From Bacteroidota bacterium (GTDB taxonomy: Bacteria; Bacteroidota; Bacteroidia; 2-12-FULL-35-15), in NCBI GenBank assembly GCA_023251805.1, contig JAHEYB010000001.1:104384-168383 (forward strand): a DNA stretch of 64,000 nt, in the 5' to 3' direction. This document shows, piece by piece, positions 10,601 through 19,374 of this stretch. Made by a program: the position numbers and the translations under genes. Position 1 is the first letter of the stretch. Each line of letters starts with the position of its first letter. The notes under the pieces were generated by a model. That model was not told the DNA's origin. It did not search any database and saw only the letters and a program-made list of their open reading frames with translations.

Positions 10601-13600
10601 ACGATTCTGTGAAATTTACCAACCTTAAAAATTGGAAATTGGGAGTATATATGATGGAAGCACATAGCAAAGATGCGTATGGTGAAGATGTAAAAGATGT
10701 ACGCTATTTTACTATGTATTCGAATTCGGGAACTGAAGTGCCAAGCAATACCATCAATTGGTTTAGCAATTTAACTCCGCAAGCACTTGAACCTGGTCAA
10801 AGTGCAAAATTTGTTATTGGAACAAAAGAAGAAAATGTGCAAGTGTTGTATGAAATTGAACACAAGGGAGAAATTATAAGCAAGCAGATGTTCACTATTA
10901 ATAAAGAACAAAAAGTAATTGACATTCCCATTGAAGAGAAGCACCGAGGTAATTTTTCTTACCATTATATCTTCATCAAAAACAATCGTGTGTATTCTCA
11001 GAATGCGGTTGTAACTGTTCCTTATACCAACAAAGAACTGGATATCGAATTTGAAACTTTCAGAAATAAATTGTTGCCGGGAGCAGAAGAAGAATGGAAA
11101 GTAAAAATAAAAGATAAAAAGGGAGAGAAGCTTGCTGCCGAAATGATGGCAACATTATACGATGCTTCTTTGGATGCTTTCAAACCTAACAACTGGTATT
11201 TTAATATTTATAACAGCTATTATTCCAATTTATATTGGGAAACCAATAGCGGATTTGGAGTGGTGAATGCACAATTATATAGTTACGACTGGAATAAATA
11301 TCCGACAGGAGCATATCGTTATTATGATCGCTTGAACTGGTTTGGATACAGCAATTATTATGGTTATTATGATGATTACGATGGAAACGGAAATGAATAT
11401 AACTACAGAGGGGCGAGAAGTAAAAGCAGTGGTTTCTTTAATTTATCTCCTGCAGCTACCGGAGCAGTTATGCCGGATGAAGAAAAATCTTTAGAGCGAG
11501 AAGATAGCGGGGCAAAAGATAAAAATATGAAAAAAGAAAGTACAAAAGGAAACAGATTTACCGGCACATTTGGTGGGAATACAATTTCGGATGTTACAAC
11601 AACAGCCACCACTGAATCGATGAACGGAGAATTTGAAACCGGAATTTCCGGCAAAATTGGTGGAAGAGGTGGAGAAGATATGTCGCAAATTGGAGCTCGT
11701 AGTAATTTTGCGGAAACGGCTTTTTTCTATCCTCAATTGGAAACTGATAAAGATGGAAATGTAATTATCAAGTTCACGATTCCTGAGGCATTAACAAAAT
11801 GGAAAATGATGGGTTTTGCGCATACCAAAGATTTAAAATTTGGAAACATCGAAAAAGAATTGGTAACACAAAAAGACTTGATGGTTATTCCAAATGCCCC
11901 TCGTTTCTTTCGTGAAAATGATAAAATGGAATTCAGTACAAAAATTTCTAATTTATCGGATGCTAACATTGTTGGGAAAGCGGATATTTTCTTTTACGAT
12001 GCCGTAACAATGAAAGAAATTACAACAAAATTAGTTGAGGCGGTACACGGGCAATTCAACACCATTGGCGAAAGAGATTTTACAGCTGAAAAAGGAAAAA
12101 GTACAGTTGTTACATGGAACATCGCTATTCCAGAAGGTGTTGGAGCAATCACTTATAAAGTTGTTGCAAAAGCAGGAAATTTTACGGATGGTGAAGAAAT
12201 GGCAATACCTGTTTTAACAAACAGAATGTTGGTGACCGAATCCATGCCATTGCCGATTCGTGGTAACCAAACAAAAACATTCCGCTTCGAAAAGCTAATT
12301 AATCAAAGCAATGGTTCAACCACTTTAAGAAATCATAAAGTAACTTTGGAATTTACTGCAAATCCTGCATGGTATGCTGTGCAATCACTTCCATATTTAA
12401 TGGAATATCCATACGAATGTTCAGAACAAACGTTCTCTCGTTTTTATGCAAACAGCATTGCTTCACACATTGCAAATTCATCACCCAAAATAAAAGCAGT
12501 GTTTGATTCATGGAAATCCACCCCGGATTCAAAAGCACTATTATCTAATTTGGAAAAAAATCAAGAGTTGAAATCTTTGATGTTGGAAGAAACACCTTGG
12601 GTATTGGAAGCAAAAGATGAATCGGAGCGCAAAAAACGTGTAGCATTATTATTCGACCTAAATAAAATGGGGAACGAATTGGCACGCGCACTTAAAAAGT
12701 TGGAAAAAATGCAAACACCAAATGGTGGATTTCCTTGGTTTGAAGGAATGCGTGATGATCGTTACATCACACAACACATTGTAACCGGAATGGGACATTT
12801 AGATAAGCTTGGAGTAAAAAATGTACGTGAAGATGCAAAAGTGTGGAAGATGGTGAAAGATGGAACGAAATATTTGGATAACCGAATTCGTGAAGACTAC
12901 GAATGGATTTTGAAACATGATAAAGAACACATCAACGAAAACCATTTAGGTTATTCTCAAATTCAATATTTGTATGCGAGAAGTTATTTCAAAGACATCT
13001 CCATTGATAATCGCAATCAAAAAGCATTCGACTACTATAAAGGTCAAGCGAAAAAATATTGGTTAGAGAATAGTCGATACATGCAAGGAATGATTGCATT
13101 GGCATTGAATCGTTATGATGATAAGGTAACTCCAAAAGATATTTTGAAATCCATTAAAGAAAACTCTTTGAATAGTGAAGAGATGGGAATGTATTGGAAA
13201 GAAAACTATGGAGGTTATTATTGGTATCAAGCTCCAATTGAAACACAAGCTTTATTGATTGAAGCATTTGATGAAATTAATAACGACAAAAAAGCGGTGG
13301 ACGATATGAAGGTATGGTTGTTAAAATCAAAACAAACTCAAAATTGGCAAACCACCAAAGCAACAACCGAAGCAGTGTATGCATTATTATTAAGAGGAAC
13401 AGATTGGTTGGCGACAGAAAGCAATGTGGAAATTACAATGGGTGATATGAAAGTTGATCCTAAAAAATTACCAGATGTTAAGGTCGAAGCGGGAACAGGT
13501 TATTTCAAAACATCGTGGAGTGGTGGCGACATTAAACCAATCATGGGAGAAATTACGGTTGTGAAAAAAGATGTTGGAGTAAGTTGGGGTGCAGTATACT

Positions 13601-14067
13601 GGCAATATTTCGAACAGTTGGATAAAATCACACCATCGAAAACACCATTGGTTTTGAAAAAACAATTGTTCTTACAAAAAAACACAGATGCCGGTCCGGT
13701 GATTGAACCAATTTCTGAGAAAACAATATTGAAAGTAGGAGACAAAATAAAAGTAAGAATTGAATTGCGTGTGGATAGAGATATGGAATATGTGCAAATG
13801 AAAGACATGCGCGCATCTGGTTTTGAACCTACCAATGTTATTTCAATGTATAAATGGCAAGATGGATTGGGTTATTATGAAAGTACAAGAGATGCAGCAA
13901 CCAATTTCTTCTTTGATAGATTACCAAAAGGAACATACGTTTTTGAATACCCCTTAGTAGTAACACACAATGGTGATTTCTCAAACGGGATAACCTCTAT
14001 TCAGTGTATGTATGCTCCGGAGTTCTCAAGTAACTCGGAAGGCATTCGGGTGAAAGTAGGGAAGTAG
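7687..14067 (+). CDS. Alpha-2-macroglobulin family protein (bacterial A2M, about 2126 aa)
   Basis: The ORF opens at 7645. ATG 7687 gives a signal-anchor start, MKLRKILLIAIATIATIAGAVTL. Thioester motif CSEQ in ..MEYPYECSEQTFSRFYAN.. (12418..12429, in frame). A low-complexity bait-like segment precedes ..FAETAFFYPQLETDKDG.. Size and repeated beta-sandwich-like sequence fit the MG-domain architecture. Confidence 0.9.
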   Translation: MKLRKILLIAIATIATIAGAVTLTAYQTNNKKTVLIFPKGSTYSKEWKKVDSLAAKGLTKSALEVVAGIYDKAKSENNAPQFVKAIIHRMKFEQYMEEYSLVKALNKLNEEAKEAKYPVKPILQSMIAESYWNYYQQNRYRFYNRTETVNFDNDDITTWDLKTIFTKVLENYQASLQSTDSLKRTPLNVYDEVLIKQTNSRKFRPTLYDFLAHRAVDFYSNEEPDITRPAYKFELNSESYFWNFNDFVKINIESKDTLSSKFYAIKILQDLVAFHSKDANPQSLIDVELKRLKFVKKNSISEIKDSLYFSALQNLEAKFASDQSSSEVSYEIAQVYFEKAGKYNPLQSDENLSEEALAKSDKWMKKQALELCEATIKKYPSSDGAQDCEALKGRIVEKTVDFITDKVYAPNAPSRALVTYKNLKTVYVRVAQMDIDKYNKSIERYYGENLIKQYLKLTSVKEFTVELPDDGDYQPHSTEIKIPELPLGHYVILIGSDKTFSYKNQGVAYAATWVSNISYINRRMTNGSYDFYLQHRETGAPLKGVSAQLYYEKYNYTSRKYEYVKSEKYTSNEFGYFNVPATTEYRNFTIDFSYKAINGPTPISDETDHLQTENGIYQYRTYEKDKNKYPKTFFFLDRGIYRPGQTVYFKGIMIKTDGETNELMTSTNTTVTFYDVNYQKVADVNLTTNEYGSFSGTFTAPMGVLNGQMSLANGSGTVYFSVEEYKRPKFEVKFNPVIGSYRLNENIKVNGNAKAYSGASIDGAEVKYRVVRNASFPYWWYWWRGYYPQSAQMEIVNGTTVSNDTGAFFVDFKAIPDLSIPKSYQPTYSYTIYADVTDINGETHSSQTYVSAAYTALNLSVNISSLLEKESKEVFAISTTNMSGQFEPGKGNIEIYKLIEPEKTYRARSWSQPDKYIISKEDFEKSYPKDEYKDENNMYKWKRGEKVFEKIFSNTTAMVPSKTGGSTKVNTYDSVKFTNLKNWKLGVYMMEAHSKDAYGEDVKDVRYFTMYSNSGTEVPSNTINWFSNLTPQALEPGQSAKFVIGTKEENVQVLYEIEHKGEIISKQMFTINKEQKVIDIPIEEKHRGNFSYHYIFIKNNRVYSQNAVVTVPYTNKELDIEFETFRNKLLPGAEEEWKVKIKDKKGEKLAAEMMATLYDASLDAFKPNNWYFNIYNSYYSNLYWETNSGFGVVNAQLYSYDWNKYPTGAYRYYDRLNWFGYSNYYGYYDDYDGNGNEYNYRGARSKSSGFFNLSPAATGAVMPDEEKSLEREDSGAKDKNMKKESTKGNRFTGTFGGNTISDVTTTATTESMNGEFETGISGKIGGRGGEDMSQIGARSNFAETAFFYPQLETDKDGNVIIKFTIPEALTKWKMMGFAHTKDLKFGNIEKELVTQKDLMVIPNAPRFFRENDKMEFSTKISNLSDANIVGKADIFFYDAVTMKEITTKLVEAVHGQFNTIGERDFTAEKGKSTVVTWNIAIPEGVGAITYKVVAKAGNFTDGEEMAIPVLTNRMLVTESMPLPIRGNQTKTFRFEKLINQSNGSTTLRNHKVTLEFTANPAWYAVQSLPYLMEYPYECSEQTFSRFYANSIASHIANSSPKIKAVFDSWKSTPDSKALLSNLEKNQELKSLMLEETPWVLEAKDESERKKRVALLFDLNKMGNELARALKKLEKMQTPNGGFPWFEGMRDDRYITQHIVTGMGHLDKLGVKNVREDAKVWKMVKDGTKYLDNRIREDYEWILKHDKEHINENHLGYSQIQYLYARSYFKDISIDNRNQKAFDYYKGQAKKYWLENSRYMQGMIALALNRYDDKVTPKDILKSIKENSLNSEEMGMYWKENYGGYYWYQAPIETQALLIEAFDEINNDKKAVDDMKVWLLKSKQTQNWQTTKATTEAVYALLLRGTDWLATESNVEITMGDMKVDPKKLPDVKVEAGTGYFKTSWSGGDIKPIMGEITVVKKDVGVSWGAVYWQYFEQLDKITPSKTPLVLKKQLFLQKNTDAGPVIEPISEKTILKVGDKIKVRIELRVDRDMEYVQMKDMRASGFEPTNVISMYKWQDGLGYYESTRDAATNFFFDRLPKGTYVFEYPLVVTHNGDFSNGITSIQCMYAPEFSSNSEGIRVKVGK

Positions 14068-14163
14068 TTGGGAGAGTGGAGTTGGTAGTTCGGAGAAAGG
14101 TGTTGGGAGAACTGAAAAATTTATAACGGAGCATGTCCCCCTTTGAAGGGGGCAGGGGGATGA
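14068..14163. repeat. 3'-UTR word repeats after the A2M stop
   Basis: ttgggagagtggagttggtagttcggagaaaggtgttgggagaact (14068..14113) is built from GGAGTT/GGGAGTT words, cf. the reverse complement at 54801..54838. cggagcatgtccccctttgaagggggcagggggatga (14127..14163) matches the reverse complement of 4823..4858. Confidence 0.7.
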
Positions 14164-14180
14164 GATAAATAAAGTGCAAA

Positions 14181-14217
14181 AGCGATTAGTTCATAGCTAA
14201 TCGCTTTTGTTTTTTTA
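14181..14217 (+). terminator. Intrinsic terminator of the A2M gene
   Basis: 9-bp stem agcgattag / ctaatcgct, 7-nt loop, then tttgttttttt. Confidence 0.8.
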
Positions 14218-14239
14218 TATTTGTGAAACAATCACATCC

Positions 14240-14629
14240 ATGAAAAAGATATTTCTTCTTCTATTCCTTTTTCCACTTTTCGCAACTGCGCAAAATCAAT
14301 CTCTGGATACAATTAAGGCTCCTCTTAACTATGACGGAATATATAGTAGAATGGTTGCCTCCGATTCACTAAGCAGCAGCTTCGTTATCTTTATCAAAAA
14401 GGAAGTCAAAAAGCACAAACATGCAAAGCATACCGAAAATGTATACATATTGGAAGGAACCGGAGAAATGCTTTTGGGTGATAAAACCTTTCTGGTAAAA
14501 AAAGGGGATATGATTTTCATCCCTATGAATACAGTTCATTCTTTAAAAGTAACGTCCTCTAGTCCAGTAAAAGTATTGTCGGTACAATCGCCACACTTTG
14601 ATGGGAAGGACAGGATATTCGTAGATTAA
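14240..14629 (+). CDS. Secreted cupin-domain protein
   Basis: The ORF opens at 14207 inside the terminator. ATG 14240 gives the signal peptide MKKIFLLLFLFPLFATAQ. Cupin core ..HKHAKHTENVYILEGTGEMLLGDKTFLVKKGDMIFIPMNTVHSL.. Confidence 0.8.
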   Translation: MKKIFLLLFLFPLFATAQNQSLDTIKAPLNYDGIYSRMVASDSLSSSFVIFIKKEVKKHKHAKHTENVYILEGTGEMLLGDKTFLVKKGDMIFIPMNTVHSLKVTSSSPVKVLSVQSPHFDGKDRIFVD

Positions 14630-14630
14630 C

Positions 14631-14954
14631 ATGATAGTAAAAACACCAAAGCCACCTTATTATGCTGTTATCTTTACTTCGATAAGTGAAGAAATAAGGG
14701 AAGGGTATGAAAATACATTGAACAGAATGTTGGAGTTGGCACAACAACAAGAAGGTTATTTAGGAATCGAATCCGCAAAGGAGGAAATAGGAATTACGGT
14801 TTCGTATTGGAGCAGTTTAGAAGCCATCCGAAATTGGAAAATGAATGCCGAACATTTAATTGCACAGGAAAAAGGAAGAAAAGAGTGGTATCAGAATTAC
14901 AAGACAAGAATTTGTTTGGTGGAGAGAGATTATGAATTTAACACTTCGACTTAG
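14631..14954 (+). CDS. Antibiotic-biosynthesis-monooxygenase (ABM)-like small protein
   Basis: 107-aa ORF starting 1 nt after the cupin stop. ..YYAVIFTS...GYLGIES....GITVSYWSSLEAIRNWK.. has the ferredoxin-like ABM pattern. Confidence 0.65.
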   Translation: MIVKTPKPPYYAVIFTSISEEIREGYENTLNRMLELAQQQEGYLGIESAKEEIGITVSYWSSLEAIRNWKMNAEHLIAQEKGRKEWYQNYKTRICLVERDYEFNTST

Positions 14955-15021
14955 TTTATCCTGAGCGTAGTCGAATTACTCAGTGTGACAATAGTACGTC
15001 AGACTGAGCGTAGTCGAAGTC
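14955..15021. repeat. Dispersed GAGCG(G/T)AGTCGAA repeats, two forward copies and a partial reverse copy
   Basis: atcctgagcgtagtcgaa (14958..14975), ctcagtgtgac (14979..14989), gtcagactgagcgtagtcgaagtc (14998..15021). The last codons and stop of the preceding CDS (acacttcgacttag) also resemble the repeat. Confidence 0.75.
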
Positions 15022-15054
15022 TTTAAAATTGGTAAACGATATTAAATAATATAA

Positions 15055-16065
15055 ATGAATAGTTCATCAGGTCTTTTTTCCAAATTTACTTCTGCCAACG
15101 GCATTAATTACCTCAATATTGGTTTGATGTTGATTAGTTTGGTTGCAGCCTATATTTTACCATTTGAAGTGTTTTTGTTTTCTTATGCTGTTTTGGGCCC
15201 CTTGCATTATTTAACAGAAATTTCCTGGCTTGAAAAAAAGAGCTACTTCATAAAATCGAAAAAAGACATATGGATTTTTGTGTTGATGGTGGTGGCGATA
15301 ACAATTGGAATGTTTAATGCGCATTCCAAAATAAACTCATTTATTGCTAGTTTTCTATTTTCCGGATTTATTTATGCTTTCGTGATTTTATATACTCAAA
15401 AAATCGCAATCAAGCTTTTGTTTGTTGTATTGGCTTTTATGGTTTCGATGATTTTCAGCTTTAATCAGTATCCCAATTTCCCATTTTTACTTTTTGCTAT
15501 TTGGTTACCCACCATTATTCACGTTTATTTTTTTACAGGAGGCTTTATCTTGTTCGGAGCTTTAAAATCGAAAAGCGCATCTGGGATTATCTCGTTTGTT
15601 GTTTTTGTTCTCTGCGGGATTATTTGTTTCATCTACCTGCCCGAAAATTTTGGAATGGCGGTGACCGAATATGGTAAAAAGGCCTATTCTTTTTTCAAAT
15701 TACTAAACACTACTTTATATAGTACTTTCGGATTTGGAAACATGTCCACTTCAGACGATTCATTATATTATGCACCCAATGCTTTAGCAATTATGCGATT
15801 TATTGCTTTTGCTTATACCTATCACTATTTAAACTGGTTTTCGAAAACAACGGTGATAAAGTGGAATGAGATTTCTAAACAACGAATGATCCTTATTATT
15901 GTATTGTGGATTTTATCGGTGGTATTATATGCATTTAGTTACCGAATTGGTTTTTATGCCTTATTCCTATTAAGTATGTTACATGTGTTTTTTGAGTTCC
16001 CACTCAATCATCAAACATTTATTGGAATCGGGAGAGAGTTAAAATCGATTACGAAGAAGGGATAA
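15055..16065 (+). CDS. Polytopic membrane protein, unknown function
   Basis: 336-aa ORF with about 9 hydrophobic helices. No motif recognised. Confidence 0.6.
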   Translation: MNSSSGLFSKFTSANGINYLNIGLMLISLVAAYILPFEVFLFSYAVLGPLHYLTEISWLEKKSYFIKSKKDIWIFVLMVVAITIGMFNAHSKINSFIASFLFSGFIYAFVILYTQKIAIKLLFVVLAFMVSMIFSFNQYPNFPFLLFAIWLPTIIHVYFFTGGFILFGALKSKSASGIISFVVFVLCGIICFIYLPENFGMAVTEYGKKAYSFFKLLNTTLYSTFGFGNMSTSDDSLYYAPNALAIMRFIAFAYTYHYLNWFSKTTVIKWNEISKQRMILIIVLWILSVVLYAFSYRIGFYALFLLSMLHVFFEFPLNHQTFIGIGRELKSITKKG

Positions 16066-16162
16066 TTTTCTTTGGGTCAATTTGAGTGTTCCACGGTCTA
16101 AGTATTCTGCAAATTAAAACTTCTTTATTCGTAATATTCGTCCTGATTCGCTATCCGAATCG

Positions 16163-16170
16163 TATATTTG
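16163..16170 (+). promoter_or_regulatory. Bacteroidota-type -7 promoter box TATATTTG
   Basis: Matches TAnnTTTG. It ends only 4 nt before the ATG at 16175, implying a leaderless or near-leaderless mRNA. Confidence 0.4.
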
Positions 16171-16174
16171 CACC

Positions 16175-17413
16175 ATGGCTAAAGAATTTTATTTAAAGCA
16201 CCATTCCTTTCATATCAAAGCGATTTTTACGGCATTGAAAGACATATTCGAAAAAAACGAATATGCCGACAAAGCAATTGAAAAAGTGATGAAAGCAAAT
16301 AAGTATTGGGATGTAAAAGAACGAGGTTTTGTTTCCGATGTTACTTATGACATGGTTCGTAATTGGAGGTTGTTATTTGTGTCGGCAGGCATAGAAGCGG
16401 ATGCAAAACTATCGGATAGAAACCTGTGGATGATATTTGGGACCTATTTGGTTTTTGATGGATACGATTTGCCGGAAAGCAATAATTACTTCAAAGGGCT
16501 GAGTGAAAAGAAAATTGTGTCACAGTTAGAGAAGTTCCATAAGATTAGAAAAATAAGAGAATCAATTCCCGATTGGTTGGATGAAATGGGCTCTAAAGAA
16601 ATTGGGAGTGATTGGGACAAAGTGATTCGAGCCTTGAATCAAAAACCAACGACAGTTTTAAGAGCCAATTCGCTAAAAACAAATCCCAAGGAGCTTCAAA
16701 CACTTTTGGAAGCGGAAAATATTACAGATAGCACATTGATATCTTGGTCGCCCGATGCGGTTGAATTAAAATTCCAGCGTAATGTATTTAGAACGGAAGC
16801 ATTTCATAAAGGCTTGTTTGAAGTACAAGATGCTTCTTCGCAAATGGTGAGTGAATTCTTAAATGTTCAACCGGGTATGCGGGTAGTTGATGCTTGTGCC
16901 GGAGCGGGAGGAAAAACATTGCATTTAGCATCTTTGATGAAAAACAAAGGACGCATCATTGCATTGGATGTAAAAGCAAGAAAGTTGGAAGAATTAAAAA
17001 AGCGAGCAGCAAGAGCCGATGTTCGAATAGTTGAAACACGAGCAATTGATTCTTCAAAGGTGGTTAAGCGCTTAAAAGATACTGCTGACAGATTGTTGTT
17101 GGATGTTCCATGTTCGGGTTTGGGAGTATTAAGAAGAAATCCGGATAGCAAATGGAAATTAACATTGGAAGAGATAGAAAGAGTAAAGACACTTCAAAAA
17201 GAGATACTCACTAGTTTTTCTGACATCACCAAAGTGGGTGGAAAAATGGTGTATGCTACGTGTAGTATTTTACCATCAGAAGGAGAAGAGCAAGTGAAGT
17301 GGTTTTTAAATTCAGTTGGAAATAAATGGAACTTGCTTGGTGAAAAACGTTATTCACCTGATGTATATCATGCCGATGGATTTTATATGGCACTGTTAGA
17401 ACGTGTGAAATAA
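16175..17413 (+). CDS. RsmB/NOP-family SAM-dependent RNA m5C methyltransferase
   Basis: 412-aa ORF. SAM motif VVDACAGAGGKT and catalytic Cys motifs LLDVPCSGLGVLRRNPD and VYATCS. Confidence 0.88.
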   Translation: MAKEFYLKHHSFHIKAIFTALKDIFEKNEYADKAIEKVMKANKYWDVKERGFVSDVTYDMVRNWRLLFVSAGIEADAKLSDRNLWMIFGTYLVFDGYDLPESNNYFKGLSEKKIVSQLEKFHKIRKIRESIPDWLDEMGSKEIGSDWDKVIRALNQKPTTVLRANSLKTNPKELQTLLEAENITDSTLISWSPDAVELKFQRNVFRTEAFHKGLFEVQDASSQMVSEFLNVQPGMRVVDACAGAGGKTLHLASLMKNKGRIIALDVKARKLEELKKRAARADVRIVETRAIDSSKVVKRLKDTADRLLLDVPCSGLGVLRRNPDSKWKLTLEEIERVKTLQKEILTSFSDITKVGGKMVYATCSILPSEGEEQVKWFLNSVGNKWNLLGEKRYSPDVYHADGFYMALLERVK

Positions 17414-17909
17414 AAAAATAAAATTCAAATAAATTTTGTTTTTATATTCAAATCACATTCTTTTTTATTTGTTTTTTGTTCTTTGACAATTGATTCAATT
17501 TTATTGAAAAACATAAAAAAGCATCATTTTCGGAAAATAATTCAAAATAATCGGAAAATAATTTGGTCCATTTAAGACGATATTTAGGCGCATTATTTAG
17601 CTGAATTAGTTGCTGTTTTTGAATGAATTATTTTTTATAAAATAATTTAAAATATAAAATAATTTTTTTATCATCTTCTGTACATATTGTAAAATATATA
17701 CATATAGAGATGATGAGAAAAAATAAAAAAATAATTTATTAAAATAAGACGGAAGAAATCTAAAAACTAAGATCTAAAAATCTAAAATCTAAGATGGAGG
17801 ATATTAACAATATGAACAATCCAATGTTAATAAAATAAACCCGGTTTTTTTCGTTTGTGTTAAATATTTTTCTTACTTCGTATCAAATAATTTAATAACC
17901 AAAAAAACC

Positions 17910-18029
17910 ATGGCAAAAAAAGCAAAAAAAGCTGCTCCAAAAAAAGCAGCTAAGAAAAAAGCAGCTCCAAAAAAAGCAGCTAAGAAAAAAGCAGCTCCAA
18001 AGAAAAAAGCAGCTAAAAAGAAAAAGTAA
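17910..18029 (+). CDS. 39-aa Lys/Ala-rich basic protein (histone H1-like tail type)
   Basis: Below the ORF-track size cutoff. ATG 17910: MAKKAKKAAPKKAAKKKAAPKKAAKKKAAPKKKAAKKKK*. Contains a 30-bp tandem repeat. A strong terminator begins 6 nt after the stop. Confidence 0.6.
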   Translation: MAKKAKKAAPKKAAKKKAAPKKAAKKKAAPKKKAAKKKK

Positions 18030-18034
18030 GAAAG

Positions 18035-18056
18035 AGCCCTTCGGGGCTTTTTTTTT
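18035..18056 (+). terminator. Intrinsic terminator
   Basis: agccc-ttcg-gggct hairpin followed by nine T. Confidence 0.85.
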
Positions 18057-18103
18057 GCTCTTTACTTTCCTATTATAGAATAGTTTGTGTTCTACTATGA
18101 AAG

Positions 18104-18159
18104 CCTTCGACTCCGCTCATCCTAACGAACGAGTCGTCACACTGAGCGGAGTCGAAGTG
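18104..18159. repeat. Inverted pair of the GAGCGGAGTCGAAG repeat forming a 15-bp hairpin
   Basis: cttcgactccgctca (18105..18119) is the perfect complement of tgagcggagtcgaag (18143..18157). Lies between convergent genes. Confidence 0.8.
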
Positions 18160-18176
18160 TGGATAATCGATAAAAT

Positions 18177-19205
18177 CTAATTATTCTCTTTAGGAGTCAC
18201 ACCAATACCGGACATATCACTCAACACAATCTTCCCGTCTGCAAATGTGATTCCTTCAAACAAATTGTTTTTGATTAATAAGGCGCCATCTAAGTCGGCA
18301 TAATCGGCAAACGGACTTAACTGAGCAGCAGCAGAAATTGCGCAAGAGGTTTCACTCATACATCCGATTAATACTTTTAAATTAACTTCACGAGCTTTTT
18401 GTATCATTTTAAATGCTTCATGCATTCCCGTACATTTCATCAATTTTATATTGATACCATGAAAACAAGCTTTCACTTTATCTATATCCGTATATCTCTG
18501 AATACTTTCATCGGCAAACAAGGGTAAAGGACTTTTCTCGAAAAGCCAATGCGCATCATCCCAATTGTTTTTTGCTAAAGGCTGTTCCACAAACAATACA
18601 TTTTTATCGGCTAACCATTGAATCATCTCCAGTGCTTCTTCTTTGTTTTTCCAACCTTGGTTCACATCAATTGCAATTGGTTTATTGCTAACGCTTCTTA
18701 TAGTATTAATAATGGCTTTATCATTTTCGCCATTCAGCTTTACTTTTAAAATCTTAAACTCATCACCATCCACAATCTTTTGCTTGATTATTTCTTGTTC
18801 ATCTATTCCCAAAGTGTAAGCAGTATATGGAGTAGTATTTTTATCAGCTTGGAACATTTGCCAGCAAGGTTTGTTTTTAATCTTGCCCATTAAATCGTGC
18901 AATGCAATATCAATGGATGCTTTTGCTGAAGTATTATTGGGAGCCAATAAATCAATCTCACTTAAAATAGCTTCCCACTCAAAAGGATTTTTGCATTGTT
19001 CAATAAGTGGCGAGGCAGACTTTAAAAAAGTAGCAACACTTTCGTGCGATTCACCTAAATAAGGTGGCATGCTCGCTTCTCCGTATCCAATTTTTCCATC
19101 GTGTTCCAATTGTACAATTACAATTGCTGTGGAACTCCGGGTTCCATGCGCGATTTTAAATGGTCTTTTAAAATAAAGTGTATGATTCGTAAATGAGAGT
19201 TTCAA
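18177..19205 (-). CDS. Dipeptide (L-Ala-D/L-Glu) epimerase, enolase superfamily
   Basis: 342-aa ORF. N-terminal capping domain ..FKIAHGTRSSTAIVIVQLEHDGKIGYGEA.. and barrel metal-ligand regions ..IAIDVNQGW.., ..FVEQP.., ..ADES.., ..IKLMKCTG.. Confidence 0.82.
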   Translation of the reverse strand: MKLSFTNHTLYFKRPFKIAHGTRSSTAIVIVQLEHDGKIGYGEASMPPYLGESHESVATFLKSASPLIEQCKNPFEWEAILSEIDLLAPNNTSAKASIDIALHDLMGKIKNKPCWQMFQADKNTTPYTAYTLGIDEQEIIKQKIVDGDEFKILKVKLNGENDKAIINTIRSVSNKPIAIDVNQGWKNKEEALEMIQWLADKNVLFVEQPLAKNNWDDAHWLFEKSPLPLFADESIQRYTDIDKVKACFHGINIKLMKCTGMHEAFKMIQKAREVNLKVLIGCMSETSCAISAAAQLSPFADYADLDGALLIKNNLFEGITFADGKIVLSDMSGIGVTPKENN

Positions 19206-19374
19206 GGAGCTTGCTTTTAAATCAGGGACTATTGGTTCAAGAGAGATACTACGAATGTAAATAGAATTCTGCTCTATTTTGCATTCCTGAGCTTGTTAAT
19301 TGTTTGTTAATAGATACGCTTGTCATAATCTATTAATGTTCTATATTTGTGTACTAAACTAACAAATCAATAAA

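Noticed and set aside
8594-13835. Numerous 60-111-aa ORFs inside or antisense to the A2M gene
   Set aside because: These are shadow ORFs of a 6.4-kb coding region in AT-rich DNA, with no independent signals.
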